This document shows, one piece after another, positions 52,109-63,213 of a stretch of 64,000 nt of DNA. Position 1 is the first letter of the stretch. Each line of letters begins with the position of its first letter. Under the pieces are notes generated by a model that was not told the origin of the DNA, did not search any database, and saw nothing but the letters and a program-made list of their open reading frames with translations. The translations under genes were made by a program, and so were the position numbers. This DNA is from an uncultured Acidobacteriota bacterium (GTDB lineage: Bacteria > Acidobacteriota > Polarisedimenticolia > J045), in assembly GCA_963702425.1 (NCBI GenBank), contig CAVPCQ010000033.1, forward strand, positions 1-64,000, written 5' to 3'.

Positions 52109-52600
52109 ATGGACGCCGGAGCGGTGGGCCAGCGGGTCTACGGCCGGTGGGACGGCCTCGAGACCGTCGAGCGCCTGAAGGCCGAGTTCCCGGGTGCGAT
52201 CCTCGACAGCGCGGACTTCCGCGGCGAGACGACGGTCGTCGTCGCGCTCGACGCCGTCGCCGACGTCATGGCCTTCCTGCGCGACGCGCCGGAGACGCGC
52301 TTCGACATGCTGACCGACGTGACCGCGGTCCACTGGCCGGCGCGGCCGGAGCCGTTCGAGATCGTCTGGCACCTCTACTCGATGCCGCGCAACGTACGGC
52401 TGCGGGTCAAGTCGAGCGCGGGGCCGGAGCCGAAGGTGCCGAGCGTCGTCCCGCTCTGGCCGGGTGCCGGCTGGCTCGAGCGCGAGTGCTACGACATGTT
52501 CGGCGTGGTCTTCGACGGCCACCCGGACATGCGCCGCATCCTGATGCCGGAGGACTTCGACGAGTGGCCGCTCCGGAAGGACTTCCCCCTCAAGTACTGA
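52109..52600 (+). CDS. nuoC: NADH-quinone oxidoreductase subunit C
   Basis: WLERECYDMFG..FDGHPDMRRILMP...PLRKDFPL. Confidence 0.95.
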   Translation: MDAGAVGQRVYGRWDGLETVERLKAEFPGAILDSADFRGETTVVVALDAVADVMAFLRDAPETRFDMLTDVTAVHWPARPEPFEIVWHLYSMPRNVRLRVKSSAGPEPKVPSVVPLWPGAGWLERECYDMFGVVFDGHPDMRRILMPEDFDEWPLRKDFPLKY

Positions 52601-52637
52601 CCTGGCGCGCCCCACGCGCGGCAGCGACGAAGGCCGC

Positions 52638-53841
52638 ATGAGCGAAGCGACCCACATGCCCGCCCCGCACCACCCCCGGGAGACGATCTGGCTCAACATG
52701 GGCCCGAGTCACCCCGCGACGCACGGGGTGCTGCGCCTGGTCCTCGAGCTGGACGGCGAGATCGTCGTCAGCTGCAAGCCCGACATCGGGTTCCTGCACC
52801 GCGGGTTCGAGAAGATCGCCGAGAACAAGACGCTCCACCAGTTCATCACGTGGACCGACCGGATGGACTACCTCTCGCCGATCTCGAACAACATCGGCTA
52901 CGTGCTGGCGGTGGAGAAGCTGCTCGGGATCGAGGTCCCGCCCCGCGCCCGCGTCCTGCGGGTCCTGTTGTGCGAGATGTCGCGCCTGTCGGCGCACCTG
53001 CTCTGGCTGGGCACGCACGCGCTCGACATCGGCGCCGGGACGGTCTTCTTCTACACCTACCAGCAGCGCGAGATGCTCTTCGACCTCTTCGAGTGGCTGA
53101 CCGGGGCGCGCCTCACGACCAGCTTCCCGCGGATCGGCGGCATGGCGCGCGACATCCCGGAGGGCTGGCTCGAGGCGGTTCGGGAGTGGCTGCCGGAGTG
53201 CCGCGCGAAGATCGACGAAGTCCGACGGCCTGCTCACCAACAACAAGATCTGGCGCAACCGCACCGAGAATATCGCCCCGCTGAGCGCCGAGGACGCGAT
53301 CGCCTGGTCGGTGAGCGGACCGGTGCTGCGCGCCTCGGGCGTCGAGTGGGACCTGCGCAAGGCGCAGCCCTACCTCGACTACGAGACCTACGACTTCGAG
53401 ATCCCGACCGGGACCGTCGGCGACGTCTTCGACCGCTACCTCGTGCGGATGGAGGAGATGCGGCAGTCGGTCCGGATCTGCGAGCAGGCGCTGGCGCGGA
53501 TGCCGGACGGCCCGATCAACGCCGACGCGCCGGGCGTCGTGCTGCCCCCCAAGGAGAAGGTCCTGACCTCGATGGAGGACCTGATCTACCAGTTCATGAT
53601 CATCACGGAAGGGGCCAAGGCGCCGAAGGGTGAGGTCTACCACGCGATCGAGTCGCCCAAGGGCGAGCTGGGGTTCTACCTCGTCCACGACGGCGGCCCC
53701 GCCGCCTACCGGCTCCGCCTGCGCACCGGCGCGTTCGTGAACCTCCAGACGATCGAGAAGGCCGCGGTTGGGGCGATGATCGCGGACGTGATCGCGATCA
53801 TCGGCAGCCTCGACCCGGTGATGGGCGAGGTCGACCGCTGA
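52638..53841 (+). CDS. nuoD: NADH-quinone oxidoreductase subunit D (frameshift near 53222)
   Basis: NMGPSHPATHGVLR, HRGFEK, DRMDY, ESPKGELG, DPVMGEVDR. Confidence 0.95.
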
Positions 53842-53888
53842 CGACGGCGCGGTCGCGCGCACGCGCCGCCGCCTGAGAGGGACCCAGG

Positions 53889-54405
53889 GTGTACGGACCG
53901 GAATTCGAGAAGCAGGCTGCCGCGCTGGTCGCCGAGTACCCGCAGCCGCGCGGGGCCGTGATGCCGCTCCTGTGGCTGGTCCAGGAGCGTGTCGGCCACA
54001 TCCCGCTCGAGGCCGAGCAGTGGATCGCGACGCGCCTCGGCCTGACCCCGTCGTTCGTCCACGGGATCACGACCTTCTACACGATGTACCGCACCGCCCC
54101 GGCGGGGAAGCACGTCGTGCAGGTCTGCACGACCGTCTCCTGCATGCTGCGCGGCGCCGACCCCGTGCTCGACCACATCAAGAAGAAGCTCGGGGTCGAG
54201 GTCGGCGAGACGACGCCGGACGGGATGTTCACGCTGGTGACGGTCGAGTGCCTCGGCTCCTGCGGTACCGCGCCCGCGATCCAGGTCAATGACGACTACT
54301 ACGAGGACATGGACATCGCGCGCACCAGCGAGATTCTCGACGCCCTGGCCCGCGGCGAGAACGCCGAAGCCCGGACCGGGCCCGCACCGCGTCTACGTCG
54401 AATAG
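53889..54405 (+). CDS. nuoE: NADH-quinone oxidoreductase subunit E (frameshift near 54360)
   Basis: TFYTMY, CTTVSC, VECLGSCGTAP; likely true end PKPGPGPHRVYVE-TAG at 54405. Confidence 0.92.
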
Positions 54406-54420
54406 AGCCGGAGCCGACGG

Positions 54421-55704
<1,284 letters not shown>

Positions 55705-55722
55705 CGGGTCAGGGAAGACGAC

Positions 55723-57387
55723 ATGCCCAACATCACCATCGACGGCCGGCAGCTCACCGTTCCCGACGGAACGACGATCCTGCAGGCCGCGCTGGCCTCG
55801 GGGATCGAGATCCCCTACTACTGCTACCACCCTGCGCTCTCGATCGCCGGCAACTGCCGGATCTGCCTGGTGGAGGTCGAGAAGTCCCCGAAGCCGGTCA
55901 TCGCCTGCAACACCGCGGTGGCGGAGGGGATGGTCGTCTTCACGCAGTCGGAGAAGACCAAGGAGTGGGAGCGGGCGGTGATGGAGTTCCTGCTCATCAA
56001 CCACCCGCTCGACTGCCCGATCTGCGACCAGGCCGGCGAGTGCAAGCTGCAGGAGTACTCGTTCCGCCACGGCCAGGCGACGACGCAGTTCCGCGAGGAG
56101 AAGACGCACGGCCCGAAAAAGCGCGACCTGGGCCCCGGCGTCGTCTACGACTGGGAGCGCTGCATCAAGTGCACGCGCTGCATCCGGTTCTGCGAGGAGG
56201 TGCCGCGGACCGGCGAGCTGGGGATGTTCCTGCGCGGCGTGCACGAGGAGATCGGGACCTTCCCGGGCAGGCCGCTCGACAACCCCTACTCCGGCAACGT
56301 CGTCGACATCTGCCCGGTGGGCGCGCTGACCTGGAAGAAGTTCCGCTTCCGCTCGCGCGTCTGGTTCCTGACCAACGTGCCGTCCACCTGCGCCGGCTGC
56401 GCGCGCGGCTGCTCGATCGACGTCGGCGCCTTCCGTAACGAGGTCTACCGGATCACCCCGCGCCTCAACCAGGCGGTCAACCGCTGGTGGATCTGCGACG
56501 CCGGGCGCGACTGGAACGACCGGCTGAGCGCGGCGCCGGGTGAGCGTTTGTCCGGCGCGCGCTTCACCCGGCAGGACGAACGCAGCCCGTGGACGGTGGC
56601 CGTCGAGGAGGCCGCGGAGACGCTCGCTTCCGGGGCGACGGCCGGGAAGGTCGCGGTGCTCGCCAGCCCGCGCGCGACGGTCGAGGAGATCTTCCTGCTC
56701 GCGAAGATCGCCAGGGGGCCGCTCGGCGGCGCGTCGGTCTACCTGCCGCAGCACGAGGCGGGCGCCGACGACGAGATCCTGATCCGCCGCGATCGCACGC
56801 CGAACCGCCGCGGCGCCGAGGCCGTGCTCGCCGCGCTGTCCGGCGGCGCGCTCCCCGTCGCCGAGCTCGAGCGGCGCCTCGCGAACGGCGAGGTCGACAC
56901 GCTGCTGGCGTTGGGCCCCGGGCTCGCGGGGCGCGTCGACGACGAACCGCCGGTGCTGCGCGCGGACGTGCTCGCCAGGCTGCGGCACCTCGTCGTGCTC
57001 GACGCCTACCGCTCGCCGCTCTCGGACGCCGCCACGCTCCTGCTCCCCGTGACCGCCTGGGGCGAGAGCGCGGGAACCTACGCCAACTTCGCCGGACGCG
57101 TGCAGTGGGCCGCGGCGGCACTCGGGCCGCAGGCCAACTGCCGGCCGGCCTTCGTGCTGCTCGGCGACCTGTTCGGGCTGCTCACCGGCGGCAGCGCGCC
57201 GGCGCGCGCCGCGGTGCACGCCGCGCTGTCGGCCGAGGTGCCGGCGTTCGCGGCCATCGACTGGGATGCGTTGCCCGCCTCGACCGGCCAGGACATGGCC
57301 GGCACGGACGCGGCGTCGGCGGCGCCGCCGCCGACGGGAGCGGCGCAGAAGCTGACCGCGCTGGGCGTGCCCCCCGCGGGCCGCTGA
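55723..57387 (+). CDS. nuoG: NADH-quinone oxidoreductase subunit G (short form)
   Basis: CYHP..GNCRIC, HPLDCPICDQAGEC, CIKCTRC, CAGCARGC. Confidence 0.93.
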   Translation: MPNITIDGRQLTVPDGTTILQAALASGIEIPYYCYHPALSIAGNCRICLVEVEKSPKPVIACNTAVAEGMVVFTQSEKTKEWERAVMEFLLINHPLDCPICDQAGECKLQEYSFRHGQATTQFREEKTHGPKKRDLGPGVVYDWERCIKCTRCIRFCEEVPRTGELGMFLRGVHEEIGTFPGRPLDNPYSGNVVDICPVGALTWKKFRFRSRVWFLTNVPSTCAGCARGCSIDVGAFRNEVYRITPRLNQAVNRWWICDAGRDWNDRLSAAPGERLSGARFTRQDERSPWTVAVEEAAETLASGATAGKVAVLASPRATVEEIFLLAKIARGPLGGASVYLPQHEAGADDEILIRRDRTPNRRGAEAVLAALSGGALPVAELERRLANGEVDTLLALGPGLAGRVDDEPPVLRADVLARLRHLVVLDAYRSPLSDAATLLLPVTAWGESAGTYANFAGRVQWAAAALGPQANCRPAFVLLGDLFGLLTGGSAPARAAVHAALSAEVPAFAAIDWDALPASTGQDMAGTDAASAAPPPTGAAQKLTALGVPPAGR

Positions 57388-57405
57388 GCGCGAGGGAGAT
57401 TCACC

Positions 57406-58440
57406 TTGGACTTCGTCATGCTGGCTGCCGCAGCGGTCAAGGTGACGCTGATCGTCGTGATCTGCATCACGCTGGTGCCGATCATGACCTGGGTCGAGCG
57501 TCGCGGGGCCGGCGTGCTCCAGATGCGCCTGGGCCCCAACCGGGTCGGGCCGTTCGGGCTGTTTCAGCCGCTCGCCGACGGGCTGAAGTTCTTCTTCAAG
57601 GAGGACATTCTCCCGCCGTTCGTGAACCGGCCGGTCTACGTGATGGCCCCCTTCGTGGCGATGGCCGCCGCGATCTCGGCCCTCGCGGTGATCCCGTTCG
57701 GCAGCACGCTGACGGTGCTCGACCGGAAGATCCCGCTCGTCATCGCCGACGTCGACGCCGGCGTGCTGCTCCTGCTGGCCGCTTCGTCGATGGGCGTCTA
57801 CGGCATCATCATGGCCGGCTGGGCGTCCAACAACAAGTACTCGCAGTACGGCGGCCTGCGCTCGTCGGCGCAGATGATCTCCTACGAGCTGGCGCTGGGG
57901 CTGGCGGTGATCGCCGTGCTCGTCCTCTCCGGCACCCTGCGCCCGACTGCGATCGTGCTGCAGCAGGCCGACGGCTGGTGGAACATCGTTTACCTGCCGC
58001 TGGGCTTCCTGCTGCTGCTGATCTCCGGCTTCGCCGAGACGAACCGCCTGCCGTTCGACCTTCCCGAGGCCGAATCCGAGCTCGTCGGCGGCTACCACAC
58101 CGAGTACTCGTCGATGAAGTTCTCGCTGTTCTTCATGGCCGAGTACCTGAACATGGTCGTTTCGGCCTGCCTGCTCGTGACGCTCTACCTGGGCGGCTAC
58201 TCCGTCCCGGGATTCGTCCGCAACACGCTCGGGCTCTCCGGAAACTGGTTGGCGCTGGCCGAGGTCGCGACCTTCTTCGCGAAGATCCTCTTCTTCCTGT
58301 GGTTTTTCGTCTGGGTGCGCTGGACCCTGCCGCGCTTCCGCTTCGACCAACTGATGCACATCGGCTGGAAGATCCTGATCCCGCTCGGGTTCCTCAACGT
58401 CATCTGGGCGGCGCTGCTGGTCGTGTGGGGGGTTCGCTGA
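57406..58440 (+). CDS. nuoH: NADH-quinone oxidoreductase subunit H
   Basis: GPNRVGP, ADGLKFFFKE, AETNRLPFDLPEAESELVGGY, PRFRFDQLM. Confidence 0.97.
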   Translation: MDFVMLAAAAVKVTLIVVICITLVPIMTWVERRGAGVLQMRLGPNRVGPFGLFQPLADGLKFFFKEDILPPFVNRPVYVMAPFVAMAAAISALAVIPFGSTLTVLDRKIPLVIADVDAGVLLLLAASSMGVYGIIMAGWASNNKYSQYGGLRSSAQMISYELALGLAVIAVLVLSGTLRPTAIVLQQADGWWNIVYLPLGFLLLLISGFAETNRLPFDLPEAESELVGGYHTEYSSMKFSLFFMAEYLNMVVSACLLVTLYLGGYSVPGFVRNTLGLSGNWLALAEVATFFAKILFFLWFFVWVRWTLPRFRFDQLMHIGWKILIPLGFLNVIWAALLVVWGVR

Positions 58441-58970
58441 TGACGGCGGCACTGCTGGTGTTCCTCGTCATCGCCGCCGTTGCCGTCGGCTCGGCGCTGA
58501 TCGTGGTCATCCACCGCAATCCGGTGATCCAGGCGCTGTCGCTGGTGGTCTTCCTGATCGCCGTGGCTGGCGTCTTCGTCCTGCTCAACGCGCAGTTCCT
58601 GGCGGCGCTGCAGGTGATCATCTATGCCGGCGCGATCGTGGTCCTGATCACCTTCGTGATCATGCTGCTGAACCTCGGCCCCGAGGCCCGGGGCGGCCCG
58701 GGGATCCCGACGCTGCTCATCGCCTTCGTGCTGGGCGCGCTCCTGATCGGCGTGCTGGGGCGGGCCGGCCTGACCTTCGAGCCGCTCTCGGCCGACACGC
58801 CGGTCAGCCCGGCGGGGGTGCTGCCGCACGCGCCGGGCTACGGGAGCGTCGGTTCCTTCGGCCGGGCGCTCTTCTCGACCTACTTCTACCCGTTCGAAGC
58901 CGTCTCGCTGGCGATCGTCGCCGCGCTGACGGGCGCGGTGCTGCTGGCCAAGCGCAAGCTGGAGGACTGA
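58440..58970 (+). CDS. nuoJ: NADH-quinone oxidoreductase subunit J
   Basis: RNPV, AQFLAALQVIIYAGAIVVL..FVIMLL, PFE. Confidence 0.95.
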   Translation: MTAALLVFLVIAAVAVGSALIVVIHRNPVIQALSLVVFLIAVAGVFVLLNAQFLAALQVIIYAGAIVVLITFVIMLLNLGPEARGGPGIPTLLIAFVLGALLIGVLGRAGLTFEPLSADTPVSPAGVLPHAPGYGSVGSFGRALFSTYFYPFEAVSLAIVAALTGAVLLAKRKLED

Positions 58971-58973
58971 GCG

Positions 58974-59297
58974 ATGGAGAACCCGTTCACGCTCTTTCTC
59001 CTGCTCTCGGCCGTGCTGTTCGCGATCGGAACGCTCGGCGTGGTCGCCCGGCGGGGCGCGATCACGATGCTGATGAGCGTCGAGCTGATGCTCAACGCCG
59101 CCAACGTCGCGCTGGTCGCGGTGGGCCGGTTCCTGCCGGGCGACGGGGCGCCGGGAATCGTCGAAGGGCAGGTCGTGGCGCTGTTCGTGCTCGCGATCGC
59201 GGCGGCCGAAGCCGCCGTGGGGCTCGCGCTGGTGATCGCGCTGTACCGTCTGAAGGGCTCGACGGACACCGATCTCGCGCGGCTCCTGCGCTGGTAG
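58974..59297 (+). CDS. nuoK: NADH-quinone oxidoreductase subunit K
   Basis: MSVELMLNAAN, AAAEAAVGLAL. Confidence 0.96.
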   Translation: MENPFTLFLLLSAVLFAIGTLGVVARRGAITMLMSVELMLNAANVALVAVGRFLPGDGAPGIVEGQVVALFVLAIAAAEAAVGLALVIALYRLKGSTDTDLARLLRW

Positions 59298-59312
59298 CCG
59301 GGAGGAGAGGCG

Positions 59313-61502
59313 ATGCTTCCGTACATCTGGCTGATCCCCCTGGCGCCCTTGGCGGGCTTCCTGTTCATCGGGTTGCTGACGATGTACGGGAAGCTGCCGG
59401 CGAAGGTGGCGGGGCGGGTCGGCGTGGCCGCGTCGGGGCTGGCGTTTCTGCTGGCGCTGGGGGCGGTGGTGGACTTCTCCGGGGGCGTGGGGAAGTACGC
59501 GGCGCTGGCGGCGGCGCACCCGGGGGTCTACGAGGTTGCGGTGGGGTCGGCGCACGAGGCGCCTCGTTTCGAGGTGACGCCGCTCTCCTGGATGCCGGCA
59601 ACGGACACGGTGCTGAAGGGCTGGGACGAGGGCGGTGCGCGGTTCGCGCGGATGGCGGTCGACTGGACCTTCGCGCTGGACGCGCTGACGGCGATCATGC
59701 TGATGGTCGTGACCTTCGTGGGGACGCTGATCCACGTCTACTCGCTGGGCTACATGGCCGGGGATCCGGGGTTCAATCGGTTCTTCGCCTACCTCAACCT
59801 GTTCATGGCGATGATGCTCACGCTGGTGCTGGGCGGGAACATGGTCGTGATGTTCGTGGGCTGGGAAGGGGTGGGGCTCTGCTCGTACCTCTTGATCGGG
59901 TACTTCTACGACCAGGTCTTCGACAAGGAGAGCGGTCTGACCTGCGCCGACGCGGGGCGCAAGGCGTTCCTCACGAACCGGATCGGGGACTTCGGGTTCC
60001 TGCTGGGGCTGCTGCTGCTGGTGGTGACGTTCGGGACGGTGGACTTCTCGGAGCTGGCGGCGGCGATCAACGGCTCGTCGAGCTACTGGTACGGGACGGG
60101 GCTGCTGGCCGGGATCGGGGTGCTGCTGTTCGTGGGGGCGACCGGGAAGAGCGCGCAATTGCCGCTGTACGTCTGGCTGCCGGACGCGATGGCGGGCCCG
60201 ACGCCGGTCTCGGCGCTGATCCACGCGGCGACGATGGTGACGGCGGGGGTCTACATGCTGTCGCGGATGGCGTCGTTGTACTGGCACGCGCCGGTGGCGA
60301 TGCTGGTGGTGGCGATCGTGGGCTGCGCGACGGCGGTTTTCGCGGGGACGATGGGGACGGCGCAGACCGACATCAAGAAGGTGCTGGCGTATTCGACGGT
60401 GTCGCAGCTGGGGTACATGTTCCTGGGGGCGGGGGTCGGGGCCTTCGTGGCTTCGATCTTCCACCTGGTGACGCACGCCTTCTTCAAGGCCTGCCTGTTC
60501 CTGGGGGCGGGCTCGGTGATCGCGCGCAGCGGTCACAGCAACGACATGCGCTGGTACGGCGGGTTGAAGAAGTGGATGCCGCTGACGGCGGGGACGTTCC
60601 TGGTGGCGACGCTGGCGATCACGGGGCTGCCGTTCCTGTCGGGCTTCATGTCGAAGGATGAGATCCTGGCGCAGGCGCTGTTTTCGAACCGCGGGAGCGT
60701 CTGGCTCTGGGTCTTCGGTCTGATCGGGGCGGTCTTCACGTCGTTCTACATGTTCCGCTGCTACTGGATGACGTTCCTGGGCGAGAACCGGGCCCCGCGC
60801 GCGGTGCGTGAGCAGCTGACCGAGTCGCCGCGGGTGATGACGTATGTGCTGGTGACGCTGGCGGCCGGGGCGGTGGTGGTGGGCTTCCTGGGGATCCCGT
60901 CGGGGGTGACGAACCTGGTCGGGGCCGGGAACCTGAACTGGTTCGAGAAGGTGCTGCATCCGGTGGTGGCGGCGCAGGGGGTGGCGGCGCAGGCGGGGCA
61001 CGGGGCGGCGGCCGGGCACGGCGCGACAGCGGAAGCTGACGCGCCGGTGGAGCACGGCGCGACAGCGGAAGCTGACGCGCCGGCCCCGCTGACCGAGGGC
61101 TGGCGCCGGCATCCGGGGCTGACCGAGGAGTGGGGGCTGTTCGTCCTCGCGGCCGCGGTCTTCCTGGCGGGCCTGGTGACCGCGCGCTGGGCCTACGGCA
61201 ACGGGATGGCCCGGGCCACGGCCCTGGCCGCCAGGCTGCCGTTCCTGCGCCGGCTGCTCCACCGCAAGTGGTTCGTCGACGAGTTCTACGATCGCTTCGT
61301 GCTCGGGCCGTTCTACGCGGCCTCGCGCTTCTTCGCGGGCTTCGACAATCGCGTCGTCGATGGCGCCGTGAACCTCGCCGGGGCGACCGCGGAGTTCTCC
61401 GGCCAGGTCCTGAAGCTGTTCCAGACGGGCGCAGTCCGGCAGTACGCGCTGTGGCTGCTGGGGGGCGCCGTGCTGGTCGCCTGGCTGATGATGGGATCCT
61501 GA
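59313..61502 (+). CDS. nuoL: NADH-quinone oxidoreductase subunit L
   Basis: GWEGVGLCSYLLIG, NRIGD, GKSAQLPL..WLPDAMAGPTPVSALIHAATMV, DIKKVLAYST. Confidence 0.97.
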   Translation: MLPYIWLIPLAPLAGFLFIGLLTMYGKLPAKVAGRVGVAASGLAFLLALGAVVDFSGGVGKYAALAAAHPGVYEVAVGSAHEAPRFEVTPLSWMPATDTVLKGWDEGGARFARMAVDWTFALDALTAIMLMVVTFVGTLIHVYSLGYMAGDPGFNRFFAYLNLFMAMMLTLVLGGNMVVMFVGWEGVGLCSYLLIGYFYDQVFDKESGLTCADAGRKAFLTNRIGDFGFLLGLLLLVVTFGTVDFSELAAAINGSSSYWYGTGLLAGIGVLLFVGATGKSAQLPLYVWLPDAMAGPTPVSALIHAATMVTAGVYMLSRMASLYWHAPVAMLVVAIVGCATAVFAGTMGTAQTDIKKVLAYSTVSQLGYMFLGAGVGAFVASIFHLVTHAFFKACLFLGAGSVIARSGHSNDMRWYGGLKKWMPLTAGTFLVATLAITGLPFLSGFMSKDEILAQALFSNRGSVWLWVFGLIGAVFTSFYMFRCYWMTFLGENRAPRAVREQLTESPRVMTYVLVTLAAGAVVVGFLGIPSGVTNLVGAGNLNWFEKVLHPVVAAQGVAAQAGHGAAAGHGATAEADAPVEHGATAEADAPAPLTEGWRRHPGLTEEWGLFVLAAAVFLAGLVTARWAYGNGMARATALAARLPFLRRLLHRKWFVDEFYDRFVLGPFYAASRFFAGFDNRVVDGAVNLAGATAEFSGQVLKLFQTGAVRQYALWLLGGAVLVAWLMMGS
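61016..61083 (+). repeat. In-frame 36-bp-period duplication in nuoL (HGATAEADAP x2)
   Basis: GCACGGCGCGACAGCGGAAGCTGACGCGCCGG at 61016-61047 and 61052-61083. Confidence 0.85.
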
Positions 61503-61504
61503 CG

Positions 61505-63007
61505 ATGCCGACCTTCAACTGGTGGGTGGCGCTCCCGACGCTGGTCCCCGCGGCCTACGGACTGCTGCTGCTCGTCTTCACCCCGGCCCTGCGCCACGAC
61601 CGGCGCTGGCTGTGGGGCTTCGCGGTGGCCGGGATGATGGTCACGGCGACCGTGCCGCTGATCATGCTGGGGCGGATCGGCAGCGTGGTGGACTTCGCCG
61701 CGACCGCCGGCGTCGCCGGCCAGGAGATGGTGCGAACCGACCGGCTCGCGCTCTGGATCGACTTCATCTGCGCGCTGGCGGGGGTGATGGCGCTGCTGTT
61801 CATGCCGCGCTACCTCGAGCGCGCCCGGGGCTATTTCCCCGAGGTCTTCCCGCTGCTCTTCTTCTCGGTCGCCGGCATGACGATCATGGTCGGTACCGAC
61901 AACCTGTTGATGATCTTCATCGGGCTCGAGATCCTCTCGATCCCGCTCTACGTCCTGTCCGCGCTGACGCGTGACAAGAGCGCGGCGGTCGAGGCCGGCT
62001 TCAAGTACTTCATCCTCGGGGCATTCTCGACCGCGTTCCTGGTCTACGGGATCGCGCTGGTGCTGGGCGCGACGGGGCACCTCGACCTTGGCGGCATCGT
62101 CGCCTCCGTCCGCAGCGCGTCGGCGATGGCGCCGTACGGCAAGGCGATGCTGCTCGTCGGGTCGGGTCTCCTGATGGTCGGCTTCGCGTTCAAGGTCGCG
62201 GCGGTGCCGTTCCACTTCTGGGTCCCGGATGTCTACACCGGCGCCCCGACCCCCGTGACCGGCTTCATGGCCGCCGCGACCAAGGCCGCGGCCTTCGCGG
62301 TCCTGATCCGCCTCGTCGGGAGCGCCGCCGAGGCCTCGCCGGAGCTCTCGCAGCGCGGCCTGGTGGTGCTGGCGGTGCTCGCCGCCGCGACGATGATCGT
62401 CGGCAATCTCGTGGCGCTGGTTCAGACCCGGGTCAAGCGCCTGCTGGCCTATTCGTCGATCGCCCACGCCGGATACCTGTTGCTGGCGCTGATGACGCCG
62501 ATCGCGGTCTCGGCCTCGTCGATCGTCTTCTACCTGCTGTCGTACACCTTCATGACGGTCGGAGCCTTTGCCGTCGTGTCGCTCTTCCAGCAGGACGGCG
62601 AGGACGCCGACAGCATCGTGAACTTCAAGGGGCTCGTGCAGCGCCGGCCGGCCCTGGCGTGGACGATGGGCCTGTTCCTGGTGTCGTTGATCGGGATCCC
62701 GCCGACCGGCGGGTTCACGGGGAAGTACGTCGTCTTCCTCGCCGCGCTCGACGCGGGGCACGGCAGGCTGGCGGCACTGATGGCGCTCACCGCGGTCGTG
62801 GGCGCGGCCTACTACCTGAGGGTCATCATCGCGATGTTCTTCGAGGCGCCCGAGACGGACGTCTCGGAGGGGATCACGGTCCCGGCGGGGACGGTGATCG
62901 TGCTGGCGGCCGCGGTGGCGGGAACGGTGATCCTCGGGGTCTACCCGTCGCTCGTGCTGGATCCGCTGTCCCGCATCGGAACGGGTTTGCTCGCCGCGAT
63001 CCGCTGA
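61505..63007 (+). CDS. nuoN: NADH-quinone oxidoreductase subunit N
   Basis: LEILSIPLYVL, EAGFKYFILG, FKVAAVPFHFWVPDVYTGAP, KRLLAYSSIAHAGY. Confidence 0.95.
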   Translation: MPTFNWWVALPTLVPAAYGLLLLVFTPALRHDRRWLWGFAVAGMMVTATVPLIMLGRIGSVVDFAATAGVAGQEMVRTDRLALWIDFICALAGVMALLFMPRYLERARGYFPEVFPLLFFSVAGMTIMVGTDNLLMIFIGLEILSIPLYVLSALTRDKSAAVEAGFKYFILGAFSTAFLVYGIALVLGATGHLDLGGIVASVRSASAMAPYGKAMLLVGSGLLMVGFAFKVAAVPFHFWVPDVYTGAPTPVTGFMAAATKAAAFAVLIRLVGSAAEASPELSQRGLVVLAVLAAATMIVGNLVALVQTRVKRLLAYSSIAHAGYLLLALMTPIAVSASSIVFYLLSYTFMTVGAFAVVSLFQQDGEDADSIVNFKGLVQRRPALAWTMGLFLVSLIGIPPTGGFTGKYVVFLAALDAGHGRLAALMALTAVVGAAYYLRVIIAMFFEAPETDVSEGITVPAGTVIVLAAAVAGTVILGVYPSLVLDPLSRIGTGLLAAIR

Positions 63008-63213
63008 CCGGGCCGGGGTCGACTAATTGACACGCCCGTCCCGTTAGGTGCATTTCAATCGCCGAAAGGCCCGCGGCAGCAAACGGTTCGTGCCCACTAG
63101 TGCACCCCGCCCGAACGGATTAGAATTCCCCTCCCCACAGTTCGCGGTTCTGAAAGCGTTTCGTCCCGCCGTACCGGGACACTCGCACATCCCTGCTTGA
63201 CCGGAGGAAACCC

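Noticed and set aside
497-54405. Programmed frameshifting or mass pseudogenisation
   Set aside because: Indels hit core genes (nuoD, nuoE, addA, fliD) at scattered GC-rich positions with no shared slippery motif; sequencing error is the simplest explanation
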